DNA of 64,000 bases from Octopus vulgaris (Eukaryota), in the NCBI GenBank assembly GCA_951406725.2, contig OX597820.1, positions 1,798,001 through 1,862,000 on the forward strand, written 5' to 3'. The notes under the pieces are model-generated. The model was not told where the DNA came from and made no database searches. It saw only the letters and a list, made by a program, of their open reading frames with translations. The position numbers and the translations under genes were made by a program. This document shows positions 39,845 to 52,455 of the stretch, one piece after another. How positions within the stretch are numbered: the first letter of the stretch is position 1; every line of letters starts with the position of its first letter.

Positions 39845-40346
39845 AAGGCACGGCTGCCCTCGATTATTGGGATCGCCTTAAAGCCTTGAAACTTTACTCC
39901 CTCCAGCGTTGCCGTGAGCGGTACATCATTTGTACGATGGGGAGAATATACCACCAACTTTGCCCAAACGACCTTAACATTAGCTTCAAGGTTCATTCAA
40001 GACTTGGACCACGGGCCATACGTCCCCTGCCCAATTCAAGATCACCACATACATGTACACTGCAACATAATTTCTTTTCCTCAACAGGCCCTGCCCTATT
40101 TAACATTGTCCCGAGGGAGATCAAAGAGGAAAAGGATACCATCAACTTTAAACGGAGTCTGGATAGATTCCTTCAAAGAATACCAGATAAGCCACCCATA
40201 ATTGGATACAACTCACCCAACAAGAACTCACAACTTGAACAAAACTTGACTTAAACAGGATTCGAATAATCCTATCAGGTGGTGCTATTAAGTTAGACAT
40301 GGCCTGGACCAATCTTTGGTCGAAACATATCTAAGTTATCTAAGTT
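39845..40346 (+). mobile_element. CR1/L2-type LINE 3' fragment
   Basis: LDYWDRLKALKLYSLQRCRERY...GPALFNIVP...FKRSLDRFLQRIPDKP; tail (ATCTAAGTT)x2. Confidence 0.85.
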
Positions 40347-42272
40347 GTATATATATATATATATATATATACATATGGGCGGGGGAGGGCTTTGTACCTG
40401 CGTTTGTCCCCCACCATCGCTTGAGAGCCGGTGTTTACACCGTCATAACTTAATAGTTCGGCAAAAGACACTGATAAAATAAGTACTAGGCATAAAATTC
40501 TTGCAGACGGTGCCCCAGCATGACCGCAGTCTAATGACTGAAAGAAGCAAAAACAAAAGAAAGAAGTAACTGAATTAGTTGCTGTTATTGTTTAATTGTC
40601 GGTCATTCCTGGTTGAGTAAAATCTATGGTCAAAGGCGTTCCAGAAGTGATCATCTCTTTTGCTTTAAGGGCAGGGCATCCAGGACCACATTAACCAACG
40701 TGTTCTTCTCTAAGGCTGTGATTTGAAAGGATTCGACTTCTATTTTTAGCGGGCTGAACGACTCATTGTTGACTCTTCCGCGGACTGCGAGTTCAAAGAG
40801 GAGAATATAGAGAGAAAGAAAGAAAGATTATGAATAGAGAGAGAAACAGCAACCGGGCGGGGAGGAAGGGGGGAAGCCTCCTCACTGGGAACGTGTTTAT
40901 GTGAGTGACTGTAAGTGCATGTGTGTGTGTGTTTGTGTATGTTAGCGGTGTGTGTGTGTGTGTGCGTTTGTGTGTGTGTGTGACTGTGTGTTTGCGCGTG
41001 CGCATACGTAAGTGTATGTGTGTGTTTGTGTGTGTGTATGTGTGTGTGTTTGTGTGTGTGTGTGTGTATGTGTGTGTGTGTGTGTTTGTGTGTGTGTTTG
41101 TGTGTGTGTATGTGTGTATGTGTGTCTCTGTGTGTGTGTGTCTGTGTGTCTCTGTGTGTGTGTGTGTCTGTGTGTGTGTCTGTGTGTCTCTGTGTGTGTG
41201 TGTGTCTGTGTGTGTGTGTCTGTGCGTGTGTAAACGCATCTGTGTCTGGATAAGACAAAACGAATGAATTATATCTTTTCATTTTTCTTAGTTGTTTCAG
41301 GCATTAGACTGCGGCCATACTGCAGCATCGTCTTGCAAAATCGTTTAGTCGAGTGAATCAAGCGCAGTACTTGTTTTTCTTTTCTGAGGTCTGCTACATA
41401 TTATATCGGGATTTTTTGCCGAACCGCTCAGTTATGGGGACGTAAAAATATCAACACCGGTTGTCCAACGGTAGTGAGGAACACACAAACACACACAAAC
41501 ACACATACACACACACACACACACACAAACACACACATGTACACATAAACACACGCAAACGCACACATAAACAAACACACACAAACAAACACAACCAAAC
41601 AAACGCACACACAAACACACATAAACACACACACACACACACTTACACAAACACACACACATACACACACGCACACACACACGCACACACACACGCACAC
41701 ACACACACATATATGTATATGAAACACCCACTTTTCAATGCTCAGACCAGACAGATTTTGTACAGCCGGATGCTTCTCCCGCCGCCAACACTCTCTTGTT
41801 TGCAATTAAGGTAATATTTCTCCATAGCCAGGCATGATTACCTGGAAGACTGGAAGCAAAGAACAGCCTTTGTGCGAGAGGAACACTCGCTTACAACTAT
41901 AACCCAGTGTCGAGGAAAGGGGACAAGAAAGCACACACACACACACACACTGCTACGCACTTTGCTCGGCGTACTAACGGTGCTGCCTGTTCGCAACTAA
42001 TAACCGTTTCTACTGGAGTCACAAGGCCCGAAATTTGTGCGACGGGGGCCAGTCGATTTCCTCAACCCTAGCGTCTCACTGGTACTTAGTTTATCAACCC
42101 TGAATGGTTGAAAGGGAAAGTCGACCTCGGCGAAATTTGAACTCAGAACGTAAAGACATACGAAATGCCGCTAAACATCATTTCGCCTGGCGTGCTAAAG
42201 ATTCTGCCAGCTCGCCGACATAATAATAAGAATCTCATGATAAGTAACCGTCTGAAAGTCTGAATATAATTG

Positions 42273-42346
<74 letters not shown>

Positions 42347-42963
42347 AATATAATTAAAACATTAATAACAAGGAAGAAAATTAACAAAATAAATATTGTG
42401 TATTTGAAACTATGGCAACGTCAGGTTAATGAAAGTCTTATGAGGTGAGCTGTTCGAGGTTCATGACTAGGAACGTCTGTTCATGGCTGCTGCCTTCACA
42501 GTACAAACGACTGTTACTCAGCCAATTGTACTTACGTGTTTACACAGAGCTGAATAACACGGCTTTTGTTGACCATCATGGATGGTTGTTGGCGAACAAA
42601 CCCTTAACTCTTTGACCTATTCTTCTCCACTTTACTCTCTCTCCCTCTCTCGCTAGCTCTCTCTCCTCCCTCTCCCTCTCCCTCACACACACACACACAC
42701 ACACGCATCTACACACACACACAAACACACACTTAACCTCAAAACTTCACATTTGTTCCGCGACACAGAAACAGCATTCTCTTCTATTTACAAACTCGAT
42801 GTCTTCCACCATTGTCTGGTAACAAGTTTACTTCCCAACCACATGATCCTGGGTTCAGTCCCACTGTGTGGCACCCTGGGCAAGTGTCTCCTTCTATAGC
42901 CTCGGGCAGGCCAAAGCATAATGAGTGGATTTGGTAGACGGAAACTGAAAGAAACTCGTCGGG

Positions 42964-43068
<105 letters not shown>

Positions 43069-43586
43069 GTTGTGTTCTTGAGCAAGACACTTTATTTCAC
43101 GCTGCTCCAGTTCACTCATCTGTAGGAATGGGTTGCGATGTCAATGGCGCCAAGCTGTATCGTTCCCTCTGCCTTTCCTTTGGATAACATCGGTGGTGTG
43201 GAGAGGAGAGGCTGGTGTGCTTGGGCGACAGCTGGTCTTCCATAAACTACTTTGTCTGGAATTGTGCCACAGAGGGAAACATTCAAGGTGCAGTCCCATG
43301 GCCATTCAGGAACGAAGGGGGTCTTCACCCTTGGCCCTATACACACATGTAATAGTCAGACCATGAAGTATATAAGAACGAAAACAACATCAGACCGTAT
43401 AAGGGAAAACACTTCAAAGACACTGCTGTATTATGTGCATGTGTGTATGTATGTGTGTGTGTATGTATGTATGTATGTATGTATGTACGTATGTATACCT
43501 AGGTGCATAATATATACATATGTATATATGGGCATGCACACACACATATACACAGATATATTTGGGTGCGTATGTGTGTGTGTGTA

Positions 43587-43963
43587 TTGGATTGGAAGCA
43601 CTCCGTCGGTTACGACGACGAGGATTCCGGTTGATCCGAATCAACGGAACAGCCTGCTCGTGAAATTAACGTGTAAGTGGCTGAGCACTCCACAGACACG
43701 TGCACCCTTAACGTAGTTCTCGGGGATATTCAGCGTGACACAGAGAGTGACAAGGCCGGCCCTTTTCAAATACAGGTACAACAGAAACAGGAAGTAAGAG
43801 TGAGAGAAAGTTGTGGTGAAAGAGTACAGCAGGGATCACCACCATCCCCTGCCGGAGCCTCGTGGAGCTTTAGGTGTTTTCGCTCAATAAACACTCAGAA
43901 CGTCCGGTCGGGGAATCGAAACCGCGATTCCGCTGCCCTAACCACTGGGCCATTGCGCCTCCA
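43587..43963 (-). mobile_element. tRNA-derived SINE, near full length
   Basis: Minus strand begins TGGAGGCGCAATGGCCCAGTGGTTAGG...GGTTTCGATTCCCC; its 3' part is shared with 1180-1270. Confidence 0.8.
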
Positions 43964-44202
43964 CGTGTGTGTATTAGTACAGATGTAAAAACCATTGTTT
44001 CGCATATATGAATGTTTTTAAGCTAAAACAGGGCAAGTATGCAGGTCAGTCATTTCACCCGGTATTACAATATTTCCCACAGGAAGAAGAGATCACCAAA
44101 CAACGCCATTTTTTTCATGGTTTCCTGAATAAGGGGGTTTAGCCCCCAAATAATGAAATACAAGATCGACCTGTATTATTTGTGTAACTTCAAAAATATA
44201 TT

Positions 44203-44248
<46 letters not shown>

Positions 44249-44403
44249 ACACACACACGGTATTTTCTCACGGCGAAAATTATCGCTGTAGTCAAACAGG
44301 TGTAAGCACGCCAAGTCAGCTTGAAGCATCTCCTAACAAGTGAAACAAATTTGTGTATACACACGTGCGCGCACACACACACAGACATATATATATATAT
44401 ATA

Positions 44404-44994
44404 ATCAACAAATAAGGGTGAGAAAATTGGATACTAATTTAATAGTACATCCATTTAACACCAAGTGGCTTTGTGCATAAAAACCCGGAATACGATAAAT
44501 TTTATACATAAATATAAGAGAGTAACCACTGTGTGGTCGACTCTAGCACTAAAAATAGATCCGCTAGGTTTCAGCCCCAAGTGCGGTTCAGTCGATTGCA
44601 CTCGCTGTTATAATTCAAGTGCCCCTGTCACGGCCCGCCAAAATTCACGGAAACAGATACTACATCCAAAATTAAATTATAACAGCGAGTGCAATCGACT
44701 GAACCGCTCGCGTGTTTGTCGTTATGGCAAAATCTAGCGTGCGGTTGAATAAATTGTATTCTGGACGGGTTCGGCTGAAGAGCTACAGATATGTTGTGTG
44801 AGTAAAATTACATAATTTATTAATAGCGAAACAATTGTCCTGAACTAATCTGCATTTTTGTTATTTTTATTTGCCCTGTTCGTTTACGCTAGTAGTCGTG
44901 CTAACTTTCATCGGAAACAATTCTTTGTGGTTGAAACCTAGCGGATCTATTTTTAGTGCTAGAGTCGACCACATAGTGGTTACTCTCTTATATT

Positions 44995-45000
<6 letters not shown>
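44404..45000 (+). mobile_element. Non-coding hammerhead-bearing PLE-type insert with nested inverted repeats in (TA)n
   Basis: Inverted repeats 44503-44580 / 44925-45002 and 44583-44615 / 44675-44707; (TA)n on both sides. Confidence 0.75.
44768..44846 (+). ncRNA. Canonical type-I hammerhead ribozyme motif
   Basis: GGTTCGG-CTGAAGA(44775-81)-GCTA...TAGC-GAAA(44828-31)-CAATT-GTC-CTGAACT; 7-bp stem I (2 G-U), palindromic stem III ACAATTGT; predicted cut after 44839. Confidence 0.85.
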
Positions 45001-45030
<30 letters not shown>

Positions 45031-45239
45031 AAATATTAAATTTCTAAATCTCTCGTAGAGATATGTACGGTGGTGGGGCGATAGAATGGTTGTATACTGT
45101 CAATCTAACATGAACGTAACAGTAGGGGGGGGGTACACTACCGCTGTTTAGCCCTAGGAAGCATCGACGCCTCCTGATGGCTTTGACACATTTTTCCTGT
45201 GTCCTTAAATACATTTGCGAAGGGGAGACAAACTTGTAC

Positions 45240-45822
45240 AAACGTCAAATTCGAACCATCGACTTTCTATCTAACACCAGGCTTCCACGCATTTGATTAG
45301 ATAGAAATATTACCACGGCTCTTAAACACATAAAGTATACATGCGACTGAAAATCTACACAAAATCAAATATCAGTTGACCAAAAAGATTTTTCTTATTC
45401 TCCTCAAATAAGAAATAAAAGTGCCCCAAAAGTTCATTTCATAAAAACCACGGTAGGTTGGAGTCCAGGAGCAAAAAGAGTTCCACAAAATCAAGTCAAG
45501 GTTTTTATGAAATGAAGTTTTTGACATATTCTTTTTTGTTTGAGGGGGGGGGGAGAAAAATCATTTTAGTCGACAGATATTTTATTTTATTTCGATTTTT
45601 AATCGCATATCACGCTTCAGAATTTTTAGTCGATTGTATATACCTTATTGACAGGCCGTTCTACATATCTGTTTCTTTTTTTTTTTTTGCATATACCTAT
45701 TTTTACCTTCTGTGTATTTTATAACATTACACGTTCAAGAACCATGGTAATATTTCTATATGTCCAATTTTTTTCAGAGGCGTGGTGTTATATATAAAAT
45801 CATTGACTCAAATTCGATGTTT
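45240..45822. mobile_element. Old palindromic MITE-like element
   Basis: Nested degenerate inverted blocks, e.g. AAAAGTTCATTTCATAAAAACC / GGTTTTTATGAAATGAAGTTTT and TAGAAATATTACCACGG / CCATGGTAATATTTCTA. Confidence 0.6.
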
Positions 45823-45954
45823 GTTCTCTGATCAATGTTTTTTTTCTTCTTTTCATCTCCGTTTCAATTACATTTGAGTCCTTCCATTCTGCACTCTTAT
45901 AAAGTTTTTCATCTCCATAAAAAGAGGCAAAAATTATCTCTTATCGTCAGGCAA

Positions 45955-46251
45955 GTAGCTTGCATACCAACCACATGGTTCCGGGTTCAGTCCCACTGCA
46001 TGGCACCTTGGATAAGTGTCTTCTATTTTAGCCTCGGGCCAACCAAAGCCTTGTGAATGGATATGGTAGACGGAAACTGAAAGAAGCCCGTCATATATAC
46101 ATACACACCGATGCTGGTGTGTTTACAAATAGACCGATAGAATAAGTACTAGGCTTACAAAGAATAAGTCCTCGGGTGGATTTGCTAGACTAAAAGCGGC
46201 GCTCCAGCATGGCCGCAGTGAAATCACTGAAACAAGTAAGAGAATAAAAGA

Positions 46252-46252
<1 letters not shown>
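45955..46252 (+). mobile_element. OR-like SINE
   Basis: Head and tail match 11325-11686(-). Confidence 0.85.
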
Positions 46253-46294
<42 letters not shown>

Positions 46295-46592
46295 CATAGT
46301 GAAAGAAAGTGTGTGTGTGAGAGAGAGAGAAAGTGTGTGTGAGAGACGGACAAGTTGATAGTTGTAAATGAATCAACGCAAAATTAATTTCCAATGTAAT
46401 TTGTTCCCATTAAGTTGCAATAAACTATTTGTTGATTCTTATTACTAATTATTATTCTTACTCATTGTTATTACTAATTATTATTATTATTATTATTATT
46501 CTCATGATTAATTCTTGTTACTCCCATTTCCTTTCAGTTCATTGCAAACACCACCTGTAAGGTAACACTACACGACCGACTCTTTCCCCACC

Positions 46593-46623
<31 letters not shown>

Positions 46624-46834
46624 CTTCTTCTTCTTCTTCTTCTTCTTCTTCTTCTTCTTCTCCTCTCCTCCTCCTCCTCCTCCTTCTTCCCCGTCTCTCC
46701 TCTCCCTGTCTCTCCCTCTGCCTCTCCCTCTTCCCATCTCTCTCCATGCGCTGTCTTTCCTCATTCGCTCCGTCTGCGTTGACGTTCGGCGTTATGGATT
46801 CCTCGCTGGAGTAAAAAAGAAACGAAGGAAAAAC

Positions 46835-46860
46835 ATGAAACAACTTTCGAAGCATCAACG
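46835..46860 (+). CDS. Probable first coding exon (MKQLSKHQ-R) of the galactose-3-O-sulfotransferase-family gene
   Basis: AAAC-ATG start context; donor CG|GTGAGT; phase 2 matches the acceptor at 56790 (CG+G = Arg), giving a short basic tail before the transmembrane segment. Confidence 0.55.
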
Positions 46861-47340
46861 GTGAGTCCTGGAACTCTTTGCCATTCAGGAAACGCATGCG
46901 TGTGTGCACGCATATATGTATTTGTGTATGTGTGTGTATGTATGTATGTATGTATGTATGTATGTATGTATGTATGTATGTATGTGTGAGTTTGTGTGTG
47001 TGTATGTGCATATGTGTGTGTATGCATGTACGTACTATGTATTTATGTATGTATATATATGAATGTATGTGATTGTTCAGTTTTATTTCAAGATTTCTTT
47101 CCCAAAGAGAAAGAACCGGTTTCTAACCTAGATTCAAGGCTCCTTCGTTGGAATTTCAACATCAATAACAGGGTATTTTTTGTATGTATGTGTGTATGTA
47201 TGTATGTATGTATGCATTTATGCATGTATGTATGTATGTATGTATGTATGTATGTATGTATGTATGTATGTATGTATGTATGTATGTATGTATGTATGTA
47301 TGAGTGTATGTATATGTATGTATGTACGTAGACATGTATG

Positions 47341-47371
<31 letters not shown>

Positions 47372-47382
47372 ATGTATGTATG

Positions 47383-47423
<41 letters not shown>

Positions 47424-47769
47424 GTATGTATGTATGTATGTATGTACTTACGTACGAATGTATGTGCGTATGTACCTATGTATGTATGTGTGGTTTATTG
47501 TCAGGGTGTTAAATTCAGGATAATAAGATCGTGGTTTCGATTTCCGGACGAGGCAGTGCTTTGTGCTCTTGAGCAAGACCCTTTATTTCTCATTTCTCCA
47601 ACCAACTCAGCTGAGTCCCTTCTTCACCAGACCCTCGCATCATTCGGGGCAAATGTTGTGATCTCTGTCACTTACGGGTCATCGAAATCGAATGAGTATC
47701 CACGGCGTACAATGAAAAGGAAGGGAAATATTCATAGTATAGAAAAAAGTTTTTAAAATTTGGTGGGGA

Positions 47770-48290
47770 GGCAGATGACAAAGATGTCGTCCTCCTGATA
47801 AAGGATGATCTCTAGGAATAATTGAGGGACCCCACTGTCCAAAATCTCCCCGAACACCAAGGATAAGTACCCCACCCCAGTTCCCTCTCTTTGACTCACA
47901 GCTCTACGCATAGAGAGATGCCTTTCAATCTCGCCCGACACACACTACCTCCTTCGCCATAGCCACCAGACAAAGGAGAGCTGCCTTTCCTTCCCAGCTA
48001 AAGGAAGGCGGCGGGACGATCTTCACGGTGGACTTGGCTGAGAGTCGGATCCGTCCTACATGCGACAACAGCTGTTCAACAAAGCTCCACAAGTCAGTAA
48101 TGCACGGACTCTGGAAGAGTGCACGAAGAACGGTTTCGTCGCCCTGCACACACCTGATACAGGTCCGTCGGACAGCAATCCTTTCTACGAGACGATAGGG
48201 TACTTTTGCTGGGAAGTGGTGACTTTGATAGCATCTGCATCTGGCACCAAGAATATGGCGATCTCCTCCACCATTTCTGAAACTATTTAG
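47770..48290 (-). mobile_element. L1/Tx1-type LINE ORF2 C-terminal fragment
   Basis: C.RCMQGDETVLRALFQSP.ITDLWSFVEQLL...LCLVAMAKEVV, a degenerate CCHC region. Confidence 0.6.
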
Positions 48291-48415
48291 ACATTGTTTG
48301 TAGTGCTATTGCGGTGAAAATGTGACAGCGAACCAGAGGTTGGTGACTTACCTGTCTAGTATAGTGTCTGTGAAAGTATGTGGCTTACTTGTCTAATATT
48401 GGGTTTGGGAAAGTA

Positions 48416-50035
48416 CAGTGGCGGCCAAAATGTTCAGAACGGCATTGTTTTCGTCAGAAAAGTAGGTATAATTTTTTATCAAAGTTGTTTTATATTCACA
48501 GACAATAAATACGATATTATTTGTTATTGCCTGAGATTTTGGTGTAATTTGAGAGGATAATACAAAAGTTATGGATGATTTAGTGATTTACTGCAAAACC
48601 TATGGCGGCCAAAATGATCAGAACGGTTGCTTTTACTCCGTGTTTTAGTATATTTAACCGGCGAACTCTAATGTTTTGAATTTGTTTATTTGACGGTTCG
48701 TTTACTAAACATTAGTAAGAATATTTGCAGTGTACTTTGTTAATATAATGCCACTTACTCCGTTACCAATTCGTCAGCAGATTATTAAGCTTTGAAGGAA
48801 GGATAATTTAAGTATTGGATCTATTGCAAAGATTGTTAACAAGTCAAAAAGTGTTGTACACGGTATTCTTAAGGTCTACGATGATTGTGGTTCGTGTGAA
48901 GCAAGAAAGTTTACAGGTAGGCCAAGAAAAACGACCAAGAGAAGATCGTGCTATGGTAAAGTTGGTTAAAAAGGACAGATTTAAAACTGCTGCTGCTGTT
49001 TCTCGGAAAATGAGCATTGTATTGAAGAAAACTTTATCTCGAAAAACTGTGTCTCGTCGTTTAGTTGAACATGACCTACAAGCAAGAGCACCTGCAGTGA
49101 AGCCACTGATCAGCTCCAAGAATAAAAAGTGTCGTCTTACCTTTGCAACCGAACATGTTTTGTGGTCTCAAGAAAAATGGCAAACAGTGCATTTCAGAGA
49201 TGAATCTAAGTTTATGCTATTTGGCTCAGATGGGAAAAGGTACGTTCGTAGAAAAGTAGGTGAAAAATTGTCGCCTAAATGCCTTAAGACTAGTGTTAAA
49301 TTCGGTGGAGAAAGTGTCATGGTTTGGGGATGATATCTGGAGATGGTGTGGGCCCTTTGGTGCGATTACATGGAAAGGTAAATGCAGGAGTTTATAAACA
49401 ACTTGTAAAAGATCATGTCTTGCCTGCCTGTGCTGAGAAATTCAACTAAGCGACCACCCATATTCATGCAGGACAATGCCCCATGTCACAAGGCTAAGGT
49501 GGTCATGAACTTCCTCAAGGCTGAAAAGGTTATTGTTATGGATTGGCCTGCTCAAAGCCCAGACCTCAATCTATTGAAAATGTGTGGAATATTCTAGGAG
49601 AACGTTTGATAGCCAGAAATCCTAAAACAACCGAGCAATTATGGAATGCCCTTCAGGAAGAATGGAATAAGATCACCCAGCAAGAAATTGAAAATTTAAT
49701 TTCCCCATGCAGTCGAAAATGTCAAACTTTGATTGAAGCTAAAGGGCTTCACACTAAATATTAAATAATTCCAGTATTCTCTGTCACTTTTTGATTATTT
49801 TGTTATTTTTTCAACCGTTCTGATCATTTTGGCCGCCATGGGTTTTGCAGTAAATCACTAAATCATCCATAACTTTTGTATTATCCTCTCAAATTACACC
49901 AAAATCTCAGACAATAACAATTAATATTGTATTTATTGTCTGTGAAAATTAAAGAATATAAAACAACTTTGATAAAATCTTATACCTACTTTTCTGACGA
50001 AAACAATGCCGTTCTGAACATTTTGGCCGCAACTG
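48416..50035 (+). mobile_element. Full-length Tc1 (DD34E) transposon with ~215-bp IR/DR-type TIRs; transposase pseudogene 48748-49764
   Basis: TIRs 48416-48629 / 49812-50035 each carry two copies of GGCGGCCAAAATG.TCAGAACGG; motifs FRDESKF, VMVWG, FMQDNAPCH, WPAQSPDLN; stops and frameshifts. Confidence 0.95.
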
Positions 50036-50645
50036 TGTGTACTAAATTTGTCTTTCCATTGTTGCCGTTGTAATTATTTCTCAGCAGGACTTTTTTTTAT
50101 TTTACAATGTGACAGAAACGTTCTATTTTAAGAAGTTTCAACAAGTTTATTTATTGCCAGTTTAAATTTTTCACTCTTACCTAACACTTCAAGGATAAAT
50201 CATTTTTATCTACTAAAAGGCAATAACAAATCTTAGTTACATTTCATGACCACGTTTTGAGTATAAGGTTATTAAATAACTATAACTATGTTTAACTTCC
50301 TAAAACAAAACTGAAATTGTATGTAGCAAAGATTTTGGAGGAATTGAATAGAGGTATCCATGAACGTCAATCTGATCCTTCTGAAGAGAAAATATCAAAT
50401 AATTGTTTATTAGATTAAATGTTGGTTATTCTATTTTAACCTACTGTCAAAGTAAAATATGATATATTTTGGAGCATTGTTGCGTCTGAGGTGTTTAATC
50501 TATTGTGAGCACAAGGACCAGGATTCTGCTGGTGTAGGTGGGGTCCGGTATTTATATGCGTCAATCCTCAGTGTATTTTCTTGTGTGTGGTCAGAGCGCA
50601 CAGATGGGGAATGTTTCTTAGTACAAAGGCCTCATTCGCGGAATT

Positions 50646-50983
50646 TGACATGTCAACAAACTTAATGGATTGACATGTCAGTGGACTATTGTGTCAGCAG
50701 ATTAACATTTCACTGAATCAACATGTCAGCGGATTATCATGAAAACGGATTAACATGTCAGCGGATTGTCATGGCAACGGATTGTCATGTCAGCAGATTG
50801 TCATGGCAACGGATTGACATGTCAGCGGAATGTCGTGTCAGCGGACTATCGTGTCAGCAGATTAACATGTCACCGAATCAACATGTCAGCGGTTTGTCAT
50901 GGCAACAGATTGACATGTTAGCTGATTGCCGTGTCAGCAGATTAACATGTCAGTGAATCGACATGTCAGCGGATTGTCATGTC
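50646..50983. repeat. Degenerate 16-bp tandem repeat (CGGATTGACATGTCAG-like)
   Basis: RACATGTY recurs at spacings that are mostly multiples of 16 (50720, 50752, 50816, 50864, 50880, 50912, 50944, 50960). Confidence 0.8.
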
Positions 50984-52096
50984 ATAGGACGAATAATCCG
51001 GCATTCCTATGACTCGTTCCCCAACAATTATACGATAAAGAGTATCCACCTTCGGCCCTTGACATCCAGTTGGAATTCATACAAAGAGCAATATAGAGGC
51101 TCACCCTCCACCTTAATCTAAACTAAACTATATATTCTTAATGCAAATACAGCATTGATAGGACAATTACTGTGGTTTTCGTCCTGAGATAACATCTCTT
51201 CTTATGCTGTTGCAGCGATTATAGACTTTAGTAAGCCTAACGTAACAGTCCTGTCGGCTGTCTTTTGTTTATGTCTTACACTTTTTCATTGGTCAATTTT
51301 ATTGTTCATACACCGATTCTAGTCTCCGTGCTTTTTTAATGGAGAAAGGTGTCTAGATTCGGGTTTACGGCAGTTATTTAAGGTCAGATTTTTGGGAAAT
51401 TATTAAGTGACCCTTGGTTGCCTCACGGAACCTTGTCACTTATTTCTGCTTTGCTATTTTGCATTGTTCATTCTTTATGACCTTATGCCATGCTATTCTC
51501 AACCTGCTAGTGTAGTCTCAAGAACTAGCTAAACACATTCATCCTGTCGCCATTCTCGCGACGGATACCTTTTTAAACTGTTTCCTTCACATATAATATC
51601 GACTACAATTTCTCCATCATGATTCTGTCGTGATGAATTCACTGTTTATATTTTTACTACTTTCTGTAAATAAACGATTGGTGTTAAATCCAGTCCGTTC
51701 TTCTCTTTTGTACAATGTGTACGAACTCTCATCCTATATTAATAAGGAAAAATTAATTAGTTCAAGATTAATTTGCATGCACCCCTACAGAGATATACTC
51801 AAGCCTTTGTCAACGCGAGAAAATGCAGTCAACCCGGTACGACGAAACTAAATAACATTTTCAGAGTAACCACGACTTCTTAAATTTACTTTCACAGATA
51901 TTTTCATCTCGCTTTTGAGTACACTTTATAATCCTATTTCGACTGTCATCTAACCGTGCTAGTGAAATGTCGGTTTTCTCCAACAGACATGCTGAACACG
52001 GCTAAGAGCGTATATTACATACATGCGTTCTGCATACACCTCTATACTCCTTCTCGCAACTCGGGCATCAAGGCACAGCGACGTTTACCTATATAC

Positions 52097-52455
52097 TCTT
52101 TTATTTGTTTCAGTCATTTGACTGCGGCCATGATGGAGCACCGCCTTTAGTCGAGCAAATCGACCCCAGGACTTATTCTTTGTAAGACTAGTACTTATTC
52201 TATCGGTTTTCTTCTATCGAACCGCTAAGTTATCTGTTGTCAAGCGATGTTGGGGGAACAAACAGACACACAAACACATACACACACATACATATACATA
52301 TATATACATATACGTCGGGCTTCTTGCGGTTTCCGTCTAGTAAATCCACTCACAAAGCTTTGGTCGGGCCGAACACTTGCCCAAGGTGTCACGCAGCGAG
52401 ACTGAACTCGGGACCATGTGGTTGGTAAGCAAGCTACTTACCACAGAGCCACTCC
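52097..52455 (-). mobile_element. OR-like SINE
   Basis: Match to 11325-11686. Confidence 0.85.

Noticed and set aside
42440-42450. Alternative first coding exon ATGAG|GTGAGC (phase 2) for the sulfotransferase
   Set aside because: Phase-compatible, but weaker start context and nearby out-of-frame ATGs; 46835-46860 fits better.
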